From: an uncultured delta proteobacterium
GTDB lineage: Bacteria; Desulfobacterota; Desulfobulbia; Desulfobulbales; Desulfocapsaceae
Reading direction: 5' to 3'
Assembly: GCA_963776075.1 (NCBI GenBank)
Contig: CAVZLG010000010.1
Coordinates: 104,500 to 168,499, forward strand
Length of the DNA: 64,000 bases
The translations under genes and the position numbers were made by a program. The notes under the pieces were generated by a model. It worked only from the letters and a program-made list of their open reading frames with translations. It made no database searches and was not told the DNA's origin. How positions within the stretch are numbered: position 1 is the first letter of the stretch; each line of letters starts with the position of its first letter. This document shows, in pieces, positions 1 through 9,181 of the stretch.

Positions 1-842
1 AACTCAGCGATATGGCTGCCAAACTGTTTACGGCTCTTCGAGTATTCAAGTGCTGCATCAAGACCGGCCTGAGCAATCCCGACGGCAAGAGCACCGATTC
101 CGACCCGCCCTTTTTCAAGTACACTCATGATCATGTAAAAGCCACGGTTCAGATCACCCAGCAATGCTTCTTCCGGCAACGCGACGGTATCAAAAAAAAG
201 AGCTCCCACCTGGGAAGCACGCTGCCCCATCTTGTGTTCCTTCGAACCGCGGGTGACCCCCAAGGCATGGAGATCAACAATAAAAACACTCATCCCCCGA
301 TGACCGCTATCCGGATCGGTTCGTGCCAGGACAATACCGATATCGGCGAATGGAGCGTTATTAATCCATAGCTTGCTGCCGGTCAGACTCCAGCCTGATT
401 CTGTTTTTACCGCCGTTGTTTTTATGCCGGAAAGATCTGAGCCCGCTTCGGCTTCAGTGAGGCAATACGCCACACGGGTGTTAAAAGCAGTAATGTCTTG
501 AAGGTATCGTTCTTTCTGTGCATCTGTTCCGTATTCACAGAGCAGGGTAGAGATGAGCTCAACAAGACCACATTGATCTGCAATGGCGGAATACCCCTTG
601 GACAATTCCTCCATAATGATCGCATAGGCATAACAGTCTACCCCTGCGCCACCATACGCTTCCGGCGTCGTGATGCCGAAGAGCCCGAGACCTGCCATCT
701 TCTTGAATATGCCAACGGGAAACTCAGATTCCCGATCAAGTCTCTCCGCCTCCGGACGAATCTCTTCGCGGGCAAATGCCGAGACCATGTCTCTGATCTG
801 CTCATAGGTATCAGCCGAATTTCTAGGTAACGGTATCAACAT
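1..842 (-). CDS. acyl-CoA dehydrogenase, N-terminal ~280 aa (3' end lies beyond window start)
   Basis: Own translation of the minus strand from ATG at 842: MLIPLPRNSADTYEQIRDMVSAFAREEIRPEAERLDRESEFPVGIFKKMAGLGLFGITTPEAYGG...GSKLWINNAPFADIGIVLAR...GFYMIMSVLEKGRVGIGA, typical ACAD N/middle domains. Absent from the ORF track because there is no stop inside the window. Confidence 0.85.
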   Translation of the reverse strand, partial: MLIPLPRNSADTYEQIRDMVSAFAREEIRPEAERLDRESEFPVGIFKKMAGLGLFGITTPEAYGGAGVDCYAYAIIMEELSKGYSAIADQCGLVELISTLLCEYGTDAQKERYLQDITAFNTRVAYCLTEAEAGSDLSGIKTTAVKTESGWSLTGSKLWINNAPFADIGIVLARTDPDSGHRGMSVFIVDLHALGVTRGSKEHKMGQRASQVGALFFDTVALPEEALLGDLNRGFYMIMSVLEKGRVGIGALAVGIAQAGLDAALEYSKSRKQFGSHIAE

Positions 843-881
843 GACATATCTCGTGTCGCCTCCAGATTAAAGGGGATATCT

Positions 882-2432
882 TTATGCACCGGCAAACCGT
901 TTTTTCAGGCCAAGGCTCCCCTGCTGATAAACAATCTTATCTATGGTTCTCAGATTATCACTGATAACGGGACGAAATTCCATCATATCCAACACATCTT
1001 TCTGCAGATCAACACCCGGCGCAATCTCGATCAGCATGACACCTTCAGACGTCAATGTGAACACTGCCCGCTCGGTCACATAAAATACTTTCTGCCCGCG
1101 TTTCAAAGCGCTTTTGCCTGAAAAAGAAACCTGCTGGACCTGCTGGACAAACTTTTTAACCTTTCCAGGATTAATGATTGTAAGACCGCCGGAACCTATC
1201 TCCTGTTCTGATTTCACCGCAAAGGTGCCACAATAAACAAGTTTTTTTGCAGCTGAGGATATGTCAACCGAGCCGCCGCTGCCAGTAACAACCTTACCGA
1301 ACCGGGTTGAGTTGATATTGCCGAATCGATCTACCTGGGCAAAACCGAGGAAGGCCATATCCAAGCCTCCCCCCTGGAAAAAATCAAATTGATAGACGTC
1401 ATCCACAATTGCCGACGGGTTGAACATGGCCCCGAAATTTAACCCCGTTGTTGGAATACCGGCAATGGCGCCCTGTTCAATCATAAAGACAAGTTGATCG
1501 GTAATACCTTCCTGCTGGGCAACGATCGGCACTCCGTCAGACAATCCATAGCCAAGATTAATAAACGCTCCCGGCTGCAATTCCAGTGCGGCGCGGCGAT
1601 TGACAAGCCGCTTAACACCGTCGAGTCGCAACTCCTCAGACTCATACGGTACATCACGTTTTACCAGGGCCGGATCAAAACGGGTCTGAAAAGTCATTTC
1701 CTGGTCGGGTTCGACAACAACATAGTCGATAAAAACGCCCGGCACTTTGACGTGTCCAGGGTCGCAATGGGAATCGCTGGTCCGCTTTACCTGGGCGATG
1801 ACTGTTCCACCGTTGACCTTCGCCGCCTGGGCGATGGACAGCATGGAAAAGAAGCCGACCTCTTCCTCCATCGTCAGATTCCCCTCACAGTCAATGGTCG
1901 TCCCGCGTATAAAGGCGATATCGACAGGCATGGTCTTGTAGAACAGATACTCCTTTCCGCCGATCTCGATAACCTCAACCAGATCCTCAGCCGTGATTTC
2001 ATTAAGTTTACCGCCTTCAAGACGTGGATCAACATAGGTATTGAGGCCGATGTGCGTCACCACACCAGGCTTTCCTGATGCGATCGCCCGCATCAAGTGC
2101 CCCAGGACCCCCTGCGGAAAATTGTAACCCTTGATTTTGTTAGCCAGGGCCAGCTGAACCATTTTTGGGGCGTTACCCCAGAAACCGCCAATAACTGTGT
2201 CGATCAACCCTTCATGGGCAAGATGATTCATCCCTCTGGAAACATTGTCACCAATGCCACAAGGGTGAAGTGCCGTTATCTTTCTCGGCCCACCGGTTTT
2301 GACATAGCGCTCTCCAAGTCCCTGTAATAAACGATCGGGAACGGCGTGCCCGGCGCCGGCACCTCCGATGGCAACTGTATCACCATCTTTTATGCAGCCC
2401 ACAGCCTCAGACACATCAACTAATTTGAACAT
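882..2432 (-). CDS. ydiF: fused alpha/beta family-I CoA-transferase (YdiF-type acetate/short-chain acyl-CoA transferase)
   Basis: 516 aa. End-to-end resemblance to E. coli YdiF as I recall it, e.g. YVTERAVFTLTSEGVMLIEIAPGVDLQKDVLDMMEFRPVIS and NFPQGVL...THIGLNTYVDPR..GGKLNE. Confidence 0.85.
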   Translation of the reverse strand: MFKLVDVSEAVGCIKDGDTVAIGGAGAGHAVPDRLLQGLGERYVKTGGPRKITALHPCGIGDNVSRGMNHLAHEGLIDTVIGGFWGNAPKMVQLALANKIKGYNFPQGVLGHLMRAIASGKPGVVTHIGLNTYVDPRLEGGKLNEITAEDLVEVIEIGGKEYLFYKTMPVDIAFIRGTTIDCEGNLTMEEEVGFFSMLSIAQAAKVNGGTVIAQVKRTSDSHCDPGHVKVPGVFIDYVVVEPDQEMTFQTRFDPALVKRDVPYESEELRLDGVKRLVNRRAALELQPGAFINLGYGLSDGVPIVAQQEGITDQLVFMIEQGAIAGIPTTGLNFGAMFNPSAIVDDVYQFDFFQGGGLDMAFLGFAQVDRFGNINSTRFGKVVTGSGGSVDISSAAKKLVYCGTFAVKSEQEIGSGGLTIINPGKVKKFVQQVQQVSFSGKSALKRGQKVFYVTERAVFTLTSEGVMLIEIAPGVDLQKDVLDMMEFRPVISDNLRTIDKIVYQQGSLGLKKRFAGA

Positions 2433-2555
2433 GGTTCAGTCCTTGAGTATTTTGTCGAAACAACATTCGAAGTCCTATACGCCCCACGAAAACGCCAGGG
2501 AGACTACGCAGCACCGCCCCCACTATCTCGCAGGTCGCACGGAACAACCAGAATA

Positions 2556-2574
2556 CACCAAATAGTTATTGGTG
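2556..2574. promoter_or_regulatory. candidate GntR/FadR-type operator (inverted repeat CACCAA-N7-TTGGTG)
   Basis: caccaaatagttattggtg in the divergent ydiF/gntR intergenic region. It contains ACCA-N9-TGGT, the half-site type used by FadR-subfamily regulators. Confidence 0.3.
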
Positions 2575-2638
2575 TCTAACCAAAACTAATACTGACAATG
2601 TATTCATTTGGAATAATGATGTTTTTATGAATTGACAT

Positions 2639-2666
2639 ATAATACCAATCAATGTATTGGTATTAT
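2639..2666. promoter_or_regulatory. candidate operator: perfect 11-bp inverted repeat ATAATACCAAT-N6-ATTGGTATTAT
   Basis: Seen directly, about 40 nt upstream of the GntR-family gene start and next to a TTGACA hexamer (2632-2637). Confidence 0.35.
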
Positions 2667-2706
2667 ATATCCCGTTACAATCAGACATAAATCCGGCCAA
2701 TGAGTA

Positions 2707-3378
2707 ATGCAGAATAAAACAATCAGCGCACTGGAATTACTAAAAAAGAACCTTCACAGCGGCCATTATCAGCTGGGGGAACGGCTCCCTTCCGAACGAG
2801 CATTGTGCGAAACGCTTGGATTATCCCGCAGCGGACTTCGCAAAGTTCTCTCTCACCTCGAGGCAGAGGACCTTATCTGGCGGCATGTCGGCAGAGGAAC
2901 CTTTGCCGGTCCACGCCCTGCGCTCAGCACCGAGACGTTCAACATCGTGACCCAGAAGACCAATCCCCTGGAAATCATGGAAGCACGGTTGATGTTTGAG
3001 CCCCAAATTGCAGCAGCGGCGGCCCGAAGTGCCTCGTTTCAGGAAATTGAGAGGCTTGCCCTTTGTGCGAAACGTAACGATGAAGCGAAGGATCTTGAAA
3101 CAAATGAAAAATGGGATGTTCTCTTCCACGAAACCCTGGTGATCGCAACCGGTAACTCACTGATTATTTCACTCTATTCGGGAATAAGTAAAATGCGATT
3201 GTCGGAGGAGTGGTACCTGAAGAAACAGGAATGGATAACTCCTGAAACCTGGGTATCATTCAAAGAAGAGCATACAGCGATTGTCAACGCAGTCAGGGAA
3301 CGAAATGGAACAAAAGCAGAAGAGGCAATGTTCAATCATCTTCTTTCGGTGAGGACTCACATACAATCGACCTACTGA
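2707..3378 (+). CDS. GntR-family transcriptional regulator with FCD (FadR C-terminal) domain
   Basis: N-terminal winged HTH LPSERALCETLGLSRSGLRKVLSHLEAEDLIWRHVGRGTF, followed by an all-helical C-terminal domain. Confidence 0.85.
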   Translation: MQNKTISALELLKKNLHSGHYQLGERLPSERALCETLGLSRSGLRKVLSHLEAEDLIWRHVGRGTFAGPRPALSTETFNIVTQKTNPLEIMEARLMFEPQIAAAAARSASFQEIERLALCAKRNDEAKDLETNEKWDVLFHETLVIATGNSLIISLYSGISKMRLSEEWYLKKQEWITPETWVSFKEEHTAIVNAVRERNGTKAEEAMFNHLLSVRTHIQSTY

Positions 3379-3476
3379 GAAACCCGGCCGACACTGGATT
3401 TTCTCTGCGCTGACGCGAGGAGTTGTTGTTTCGGCGGCACAGTCACCTGCTCCCAAAACCTATGATGAGGAAAACA

Positions 3477-4265
3477 ATGATGAAAACTTCCGATAAACCC
3501 ATTGAATTTTCCATCCAGAATCATATTGCCCGGATCGGCATCAATCGACCGGAAAAACTCAATGCCATTACCCGTGAAATGATGTTGCAGCTCGATGGTT
3601 GTATCTCAGAAATTGACCAGGACCGCTCAATCCGTGCTGTCATCCTGTACTCCATGACACCTCGTGCTTTCGGGGTTGGGGCGGATATCAACGACTGGGC
3701 ATCATTGCCGCCTATCGAGATGTGGAGGGACTGGGTACGTCTCGGCCATCGCGTTATTAAAAATATGGAGGGACTCCTGCAGCCGCTCATTGCGGTAACG
3801 AACGGCTACACATTCGGGGGATCTCTGGAGCTGGCTCTTGCCGCGGATATCAGAATTGGTGAAGAGCATTCAAAATATGGCTTCCCTGAGGCTTCGGTGG
3901 GTACGATTCCCGGCTGGATGGGGACACAGAAGGCGCTCCAGTTGATAGGGCCAAGCAAATTGAAGAAACTGATTTTCACGGCACAACCTGTCTCGGCCGA
4001 GCAAGCATGTTCTCTTGGCCTGATTGACGAAGTTGTCCCGGAAAAAGAAGGTTTCGAGCGCGCGCTTGAGCTCGCCGGGCAGATCTGTCAAACTTCACCG
4101 GTAGCAGTGAGCCTGGCCAAACAGGTCGTTAACGGTTTAGCTGCCAATCAGCCCGTTACCGCCCTCGAGTCTCTGGCCAGTGGACTTGCCGCACAGTCAG
4201 CTGACGGATTGGAGGGAAAGGAAAGCTTCAAACAGAAACGCAAACCCTCATTCTCCGGTTTCTGA
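3477..4265 (+). CDS. enoyl-CoA hydratase/isomerase (crotonase) family protein
   Basis: INRPEKLNAIT...FGVGADI...NGYTFGGSLELALAADIRIG...FPEASVGTIPGWMGTQ. The ORF-track start is 3423; I prefer ATG 3477 because it is preceded by GAGGAA. Confidence 0.8.
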   Translation: MMKTSDKPIEFSIQNHIARIGINRPEKLNAITREMMLQLDGCISEIDQDRSIRAVILYSMTPRAFGVGADINDWASLPPIEMWRDWVRLGHRVIKNMEGLLQPLIAVTNGYTFGGSLELALAADIRIGEEHSKYGFPEASVGTIPGWMGTQKALQLIGPSKLKKLIFTAQPVSAEQACSLGLIDEVVPEKEGFERALELAGQICQTSPVAVSLAKQVVNGLAANQPVTALESLASGLAAQSADGLEGKESFKQKRKPSFSGF

Positions 4266-4325
4266 ACGGAACAGAGGGACAGGAAGAAACGGTGGACGCT
4301 ATTTTCAGTTGGTTAGAAGAGCATG

Positions 4326-5108
4326 CTATAACCGTGAAACGGTCAAGCCACCATCTATCATAAAGACATGTCCGGTAGAATATGGAAAATCGCCGCGCGA
4401 CAATGAAGCCACCGTTTTTCCAACATCTTCTGGCGTACCCCACCTGCTGGTCAAGCAGAGCCCTTCGGAAAACAGCTTGTCATATTTTTCACTGACCTTC
4501 TCGGTCATGTCGGTTCTGATAATTCCCGGGCGTATTTCATAAACGGGAATATCAAACTCTGCCAGTCGACAGGCATACAATTTGGTCAGCATACCGAGTC
4601 CGGCTTTCGAGATACAATATTCTGCCCGGTCAACACTGGCAACCGTGGCACTGATAGACGATATCGTCACAATCAAAGCTTGAAATCCCGGATTTCTTTT
4701 CTTTTCCTCCACCATGCGATGAGCAATCTTCTGGGTCAGGAAAAAAGGCCCGGTGAGATTGGTATTCATTACCTGGTGATAGCTCTCTTCCGAGGTGTGC
4801 AGCAGATCCCTTCTTACTTCAGGGGCTATGCCTGCATTATTCACCCACAGGTTTATGTGTGAATAGCAGGAAAACAGAGCGTCCATTATGGCTTCTCTAT
4901 CAGCTGCCAGGCTTATATCACCCTGGCAGTAGAGCACGTTTTGACCAAGTTCTCTGAGCTTATTGAGGCTTTCAACCTCAGACTCATGCCGTCGTCCGAT
5001 GATGGCAAGATCAAAACCTTCTCCGGCCAGCTTGCACGCGACACCCAGCCCGATTCCCCTTGACCCCCCGGTAATGGCGGCTACCTTTTTGCTCTGTATG
5101 CTGTCCAC
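4326..5108 (-). CDS. short-chain dehydrogenase/reductase (SDR)
   Basis: ITGGSRGIGLG Rossmann motif, NNAG, and the S...YxxxK catalytic pattern (YCISKAG). Confidence 0.85.
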   Translation of the reverse strand: MDSIQSKKVAAITGGSRGIGLGVACKLAGEGFDLAIIGRRHESEVESLNKLRELGQNVLYCQGDISLAADREAIMDALFSCYSHINLWVNNAGIAPEVRRDLLHTSEESYHQVMNTNLTGPFFLTQKIAHRMVEEKKRNPGFQALIVTISSISATVASVDRAEYCISKAGLGMLTKLYACRLAEFDIPVYEIRPGIIRTDMTEKVSEKYDKLFSEGLCLTSRWGTPEDVGKTVASLSRGDFPYSTGHVFMIDGGLTVSRL

Positions 5109-5439
5109 TCTGTCAGTCCATTTTTTAAATTTGATCTAATTTTTTATCACCAATCACTGCATTAATACCACAGGCGCGAAAGTAATCTCCATAAATAGCG
5201 GGAGATTTGACCTGTCTTACAGGCAGTTACCGGTACCCCTTTTTCCAGTAAGGCTATCATAGTGACAGACGAATCCCATCAGCTGCACAATATACGGTAA
5301 TTATTGTATAGATAATTATGCTCTTATCTCAATCGTGTCATACTGTATAATAATGCTTTTTTATCAGCGGGCATTCAAGCCACTGACCCGCCCCGGTGCA
5401 TGACTTCAAGAATAATTTTGCTCAACAGCGAGGATCATT

Positions 5440-6261
5440 ATGCCAACATCACTTCCCACTTTATGCGGATCCATGGCAGCGCACCCTTACCGGATGGCTG
5501 TCGAGGTCCACAACGCCGCTTATCGTGCGCTTGGTATCGATTATACCTTCGTCTATTTCGAAATATCAAACCCGGAAGACGGGGTAAAGGCGATACGGGC
5601 TCTGGGCATACGCGGGATGAACGTATCGATGCCTTTCAAGTCGGCAGTCGTGCCTTTTCTTGACAAACTCGACGCTGCTGCTGAAGCCATTGGCGCTGTG
5701 AATACCATTGACAACAAAGATGGAGTGCTGACAGGATACAACACCGATTTTATTGGTGCGATGCGGGCGCTTCGGGAGATAACCGATGTGGCGGGCAAAA
5801 GAGTTGCCTTGTTAGGCGCTGGAGGCGCCGCCCGGGCGATAGGCTACGGCCTTGTTACAGCAGGTGCCGAAGTGAGCGTCTACAATAGATCCCTCGATAA
5901 AGCGGAACAACTCGCTGGGGATCTCGGCCTGAAAGTTAACGGAACCCTGGAGCAGTTTAGCGGGGCTGGAGGTTATGATATTCTCGTTAACAGCACTTCA
6001 ATCGGCTTTAATGACTCAGCTGAAAGCCCTGTCCACCGCGACACGATTGCAAACATACCGATTGTGATGGACGCAGTATTTATCCCCGTTAAAACCCGGC
6101 TTTTACGGGAGGCAGAAATGGCTGGCTGCATTACCATTCCGGGGGTGCGGATGTTGCTGCATCAAGCCTGCGGTCAGGTCGAACTTTATACCGGCCACGA
6201 TGCCCCGCTGGAGGTAATGGAGCAGGTGATTGCACAAGAGATAAAGAAAATGGATATGTAA
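5440..6261 (+). CDS. aroE: shikimate/quinate 5-dehydrogenase family protein
   Basis: HNAAYRALGIDYTFV...GMNVSMPFK...AVNTI...GYNTDFIG...LLGAGGAARAI. Substrate (shikimate vs quinate vs other) cannot be decided. Confidence 0.75.
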   Translation: MPTSLPTLCGSMAAHPYRMAVEVHNAAYRALGIDYTFVYFEISNPEDGVKAIRALGIRGMNVSMPFKSAVVPFLDKLDAAAEAIGAVNTIDNKDGVLTGYNTDFIGAMRALREITDVAGKRVALLGAGGAARAIGYGLVTAGAEVSVYNRSLDKAEQLAGDLGLKVNGTLEQFSGAGGYDILVNSTSIGFNDSAESPVHRDTIANIPIVMDAVFIPVKTRLLREAEMAGCITIPGVRMLLHQACGQVELYTGHDAPLEVMEQVIAQEIKKMDM

Positions 6262-6287
6262 TCATCTTTACTGGTGAGAAACCCAGG

Positions 6288-6725
6288 CTAGGAATTGGGC
6301 ACCCATTTCAGTATGTGTTTTGCTACAGCAACCAGTTCTCCATCCTGGTTGGTAACTTCAATTTTAGAAAGGGAACGCTGGCGTTCATTGTCAAACTCAT
6401 CGATCGTGTAGTTCACCGTAATTGTGTCGTTAATAAATACCGGTTTTAGAAAGCGAACGTGGTCATAACCAAGCGATACCGGCGTTGAATCATTATCAGT
6501 TGCCGGGTATTTCTGCAGTATAAGAGAGGAGGCAGTGGACATATATCCCATCAACAAGACCCCGTGGGCAATGCGCCTGCCGTAGGAAGTCTGTTTCATA
6601 AATTCCCTGTTCACGTGGTTGGGTGAAAGATCACCAGTGATGCCGGCAAAAAGGTAGATATCACTCTCGCCAACCGTTTTGGAAAAATTGACACTGCATC
6701 CTACCGTGAGAGATTGCTCTTTCAT
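6288..6725 (-). CDS. MaoC-like (R)-specific enoyl-CoA hydratase / hot-dog fold dehydratase
   Basis: FAGITGDLSPNHVNREFMKQTSYGRRIAHGVLLMGYMS is the MaoC dehydratase signature region. Confidence 0.8.
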   Translation of the reverse strand: MKEQSLTVGCSVNFSKTVGESDIYLFAGITGDLSPNHVNREFMKQTSYGRRIAHGVLLMGYMSTASSLILQKYPATDNDSTPVSLGYDHVRFLKPVFINDTITVNYTIDEFDNERQRSLSKIEVTNQDGELVAVAKHILKWVPNS

Positions 6726-7161
6726 CTGTTATCCTTTTTTTCTTTTTAAACCACCTAACTGGTGGACCGTCCAGGAACCTGTCGAACCCGGAGTATGATT
6801 TCTGCAAGCTGAAGGTGATAAATGATACGTCATCGCTTACTGGACCACCGTAACATTATAACAATATCCTGCCTTTTCTCAGATAATCAACAACAGCCTA
6901 TCTTCTTTTTACCTTTTTTCCGGGATTTTTCGGTACGTTTCAATCATTGTTACTATCCGTTACAAACAATCTACACTCAACAACAACAAAATATTGGCGG
7001 CTCCACCCTGAGCAATCTTTTCATTTTCCTAACGAATTATTCTATTGTTTTATTCCGTTAAATCTATTAAAGTATGTATCCCCACAATTTGCTACTTTTG
7101 TCGGTTTCATTTAGTAGCGATTGTAACTTTCTCCATGAAAATTCTATGATTGGAGGTTCTT

Positions 7162-7377
7162 ATGCGCAGTATCTATATCAACTCAATACTACATATCTGG
7201 AACAGCACTGGTGAAAAAGAGAAAAAAATGGTTAAGGGCCAATTGGTTAAGAAATATGGCGGCCATTATACACATGAACAATTTCTCAACTACCTGGAAC
7301 AAAAATATCTCTCACGATTCTCATCGTATGTACTACCCTCACTACCTGAGAGAAGGGCTATATGCTATCAGGCCTGA
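7162..7377 (+). CDS. hypothetical small protein (71 aa)
   Basis: ATG preceded by TGGAGG at 5-nt spacing. No recognisable domain; AT-rich surroundings. Confidence 0.3.
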   Translation: MRSIYINSILHIWNSTGEKEKKMVKGQLVKKYGGHYTHEQFLNYLEQKYLSRFSSYVLPSLPERRAICYQA

Positions 7378-7437
7378 AATGACTTGCAACCTGTTATCTC
7401 TGGCGTAGCAATTGAGATTGCACAGTGGGCATAACAA

Positions 7438-8763
7438 ATGACAGCAAGGCCAACATACGAAGTGCTTGAAAAAGAGGTCCAGATTCTCAAAAAAAAACTG
7501 GCTGCTCACAAAAACCGTGGCGGTTCTGGCCAGTTACGTCAGCCGTATCTGGAAGCTATCCTCGATAAGACGAACATGCCTGTGTTTCTCAAGAACAGGG
7601 ACTATAAATACGTCTTTATAAACCACCAGTTTGAATGTCTTGCCGATGTAACCCTTGACCAGTTAGCGGGCAAGGACGATTTTGCCATATTTTCTGAACC
7701 AGTTGCTCAGCTTTTTCGTTCGCAGGATGAAGCGGTTGTCAAGCGACGAGATCTGGTCGAATTCGAGGAGACCATTTCCCTGCCAGACGGAGAGCACTCA
7801 TTTATAACAGCCAAATTCCCATTGTTTGACGGTGAGGGTAATGTGGAGGCTATCGGTGGTATTTGTACTGATATCACCGCTCGCAAACAGGCAGAAGCCA
7901 ATCTGCAGGAGGCTGAAGCAAAATACCGAGGTATCTTTGAGCATTCACCTTTGGGAATTTTACAGATTGATAAAAACGGCATCATTACAGCAAGCAATGA
8001 AAAATTAGCAGAAATTCTCGGTTCCAGCGTTGACAAACTTGTTGGTTTTGATCTCCTGCAGTCGGTAACTGATGAGAACATAAGAGCAGCCACCACCTCT
8101 GTACTTTCCGGGCAGATAGTTCATTACGAAGGGCCTTATCGTTCTCTTACAGGGACCAAAAAGGTATACCTTCGCGGTGTTTTTTCTCCAATTTTTTCAG
8201 GTGACGGATCAATAGTTGCCGCTATTGGCATCATTGAAGATATAACAGGAAGAAAGGATACAGAAGAAGCACTGCGGCGAGCTCATAACGAGCTCGAACA
8301 GCGGGTTACAGATCGTACTGCCCAACTGGACCGGAAAACAGAACGACTCAAGGAGACAAATATCGCTCTTAAAATTCTATTGGAAAAGCGGGAAGAAGAC
8401 AAAAAGGAACTTGAAGAGAAGGTATTATTTAATGTTGAAAAACTCATTTCCCCCTACCTGGAAAAACTGAACATGAAACAGAGCGAAGCTGCAAAAGAAA
8501 CGCTTCTGAAAATCATTCAATCAAACCTTGATGAAATCACCTCTTCTTTCGCAGAAAACCAGAAGAATTATCTCTCGAGTCTCACCCCTACCCAGATTCA
8601 AATTGCCGACCTGATAAAACATGGTCACACCACAAAAGAGATCGCCTCTCTTTTATCCCTCTCGCCATCAACCATTGCCTGCCATCGACAGGAGATTAGA
8701 AAAAGGCTTTCCTTGACGAATAAAAAAACAAATCTGCAAGCGGTTCTCACAGCCAGCTCATAA
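7438..8763 (+). CDS. PAS-PAS-coiled-coil LuxR-family transcriptional regulator
   Basis: Two PAS-like blocks (each ending ...ICTDITARK / IIEDITGRK) and a C-terminal LuxR HTH LTPTQIQIADLIKHGHTTKEIASLLSLSPSTIACHRQEIRKRL. Confidence 0.85.
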   Translation: MTARPTYEVLEKEVQILKKKLAAHKNRGGSGQLRQPYLEAILDKTNMPVFLKNRDYKYVFINHQFECLADVTLDQLAGKDDFAIFSEPVAQLFRSQDEAVVKRRDLVEFEETISLPDGEHSFITAKFPLFDGEGNVEAIGGICTDITARKQAEANLQEAEAKYRGIFEHSPLGILQIDKNGIITASNEKLAEILGSSVDKLVGFDLLQSVTDENIRAATTSVLSGQIVHYEGPYRSLTGTKKVYLRGVFSPIFSGDGSIVAAIGIIEDITGRKDTEEALRRAHNELEQRVTDRTAQLDRKTERLKETNIALKILLEKREEDKKELEEKVLFNVEKLISPYLEKLNMKQSEAAKETLLKIIQSNLDEITSSFAENQKNYLSSLTPTQIQIADLIKHGHTTKEIASLLSLSPSTIACHRQEIRKRLSLTNKKTNLQAVLTASS

Positions 8764-8900
8764 TAACTAGAGTGTCTAGTTATTTTCTAATTGTTTTTTA
8801 CCTATTGTATAGTGCCAGACTGGTGGTAATAATCTAATTAGTACATTCCTTGGATAAGGGCTCAAGAATATCCTGACGATGTTGTTCATGAGGTGATATC

Positions 8901-9065
8901 ATGAATTTTGGTGACGTTGTTGTATCTCTCTGGCTGATTCCCGTAGCATTTCAAATTCTTCTCCCGCTCGTCATTTTCTGCGGATGGATGGTGTTTAAAA
9001 TCCCCTCTTTACTGTTTGGTGCGAAAAGTTCGATACGTAATGTCGAGCCATCATTTGCCCGCTAA
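8901..9065 (+). CDS. small single-TM protein (54 aa), paralogue of 20666..20833
   Basis: Own translation: MNFGDVVVSLWLIPVAFQILLPLVIFCGWMVFKIPSLLFGAKSSIRNVEPSFAR. GAGGTGA lies 4 nt upstream of the ATG. Below the 60-aa cut-off of the ORF track. Confidence 0.45.
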   Translation: MNFGDVVVSLWLIPVAFQILLPLVIFCGWMVFKIPSLLFGAKSSIRNVEPSFAR

Positions 9066-9110
9066 AAAACAGAAATAATACTGCCATATCAACTTTGTCT
9101 TTTAGCGTGC

Positions 9111-9142
9111 GGGGAAGGACTGACTCCCTTCAGTCCTTCCCC
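9111..9142. terminator. 12-bp stem hairpin between convergent genes
   Basis: GGGGAAGGACTG-actccctt-CAGTCCTTCCCC. No clear U-tract on either strand. Confidence 0.4.
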
Positions 9143-9181
9143 TGGCAGTAAGGTGACAGCTCGCGCCGTAACGAGTTCACA

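Noticed and set aside
1494-2078. Long plus-strand ORFs antisense to well-supported genes. Examples: 1494..2078 opposite ydiF; 33159..33830 opposite the ABC ATPase; 44360..44794 opposite the repeat protein; 48447..48968; 38896..39351; 23018..23503.
   Set aside because: Each lies fully inside a gene with clear family motifs on the other strand. They have no RBS or recognisable domains, and their composition is what antisense reading of the real gene would give.
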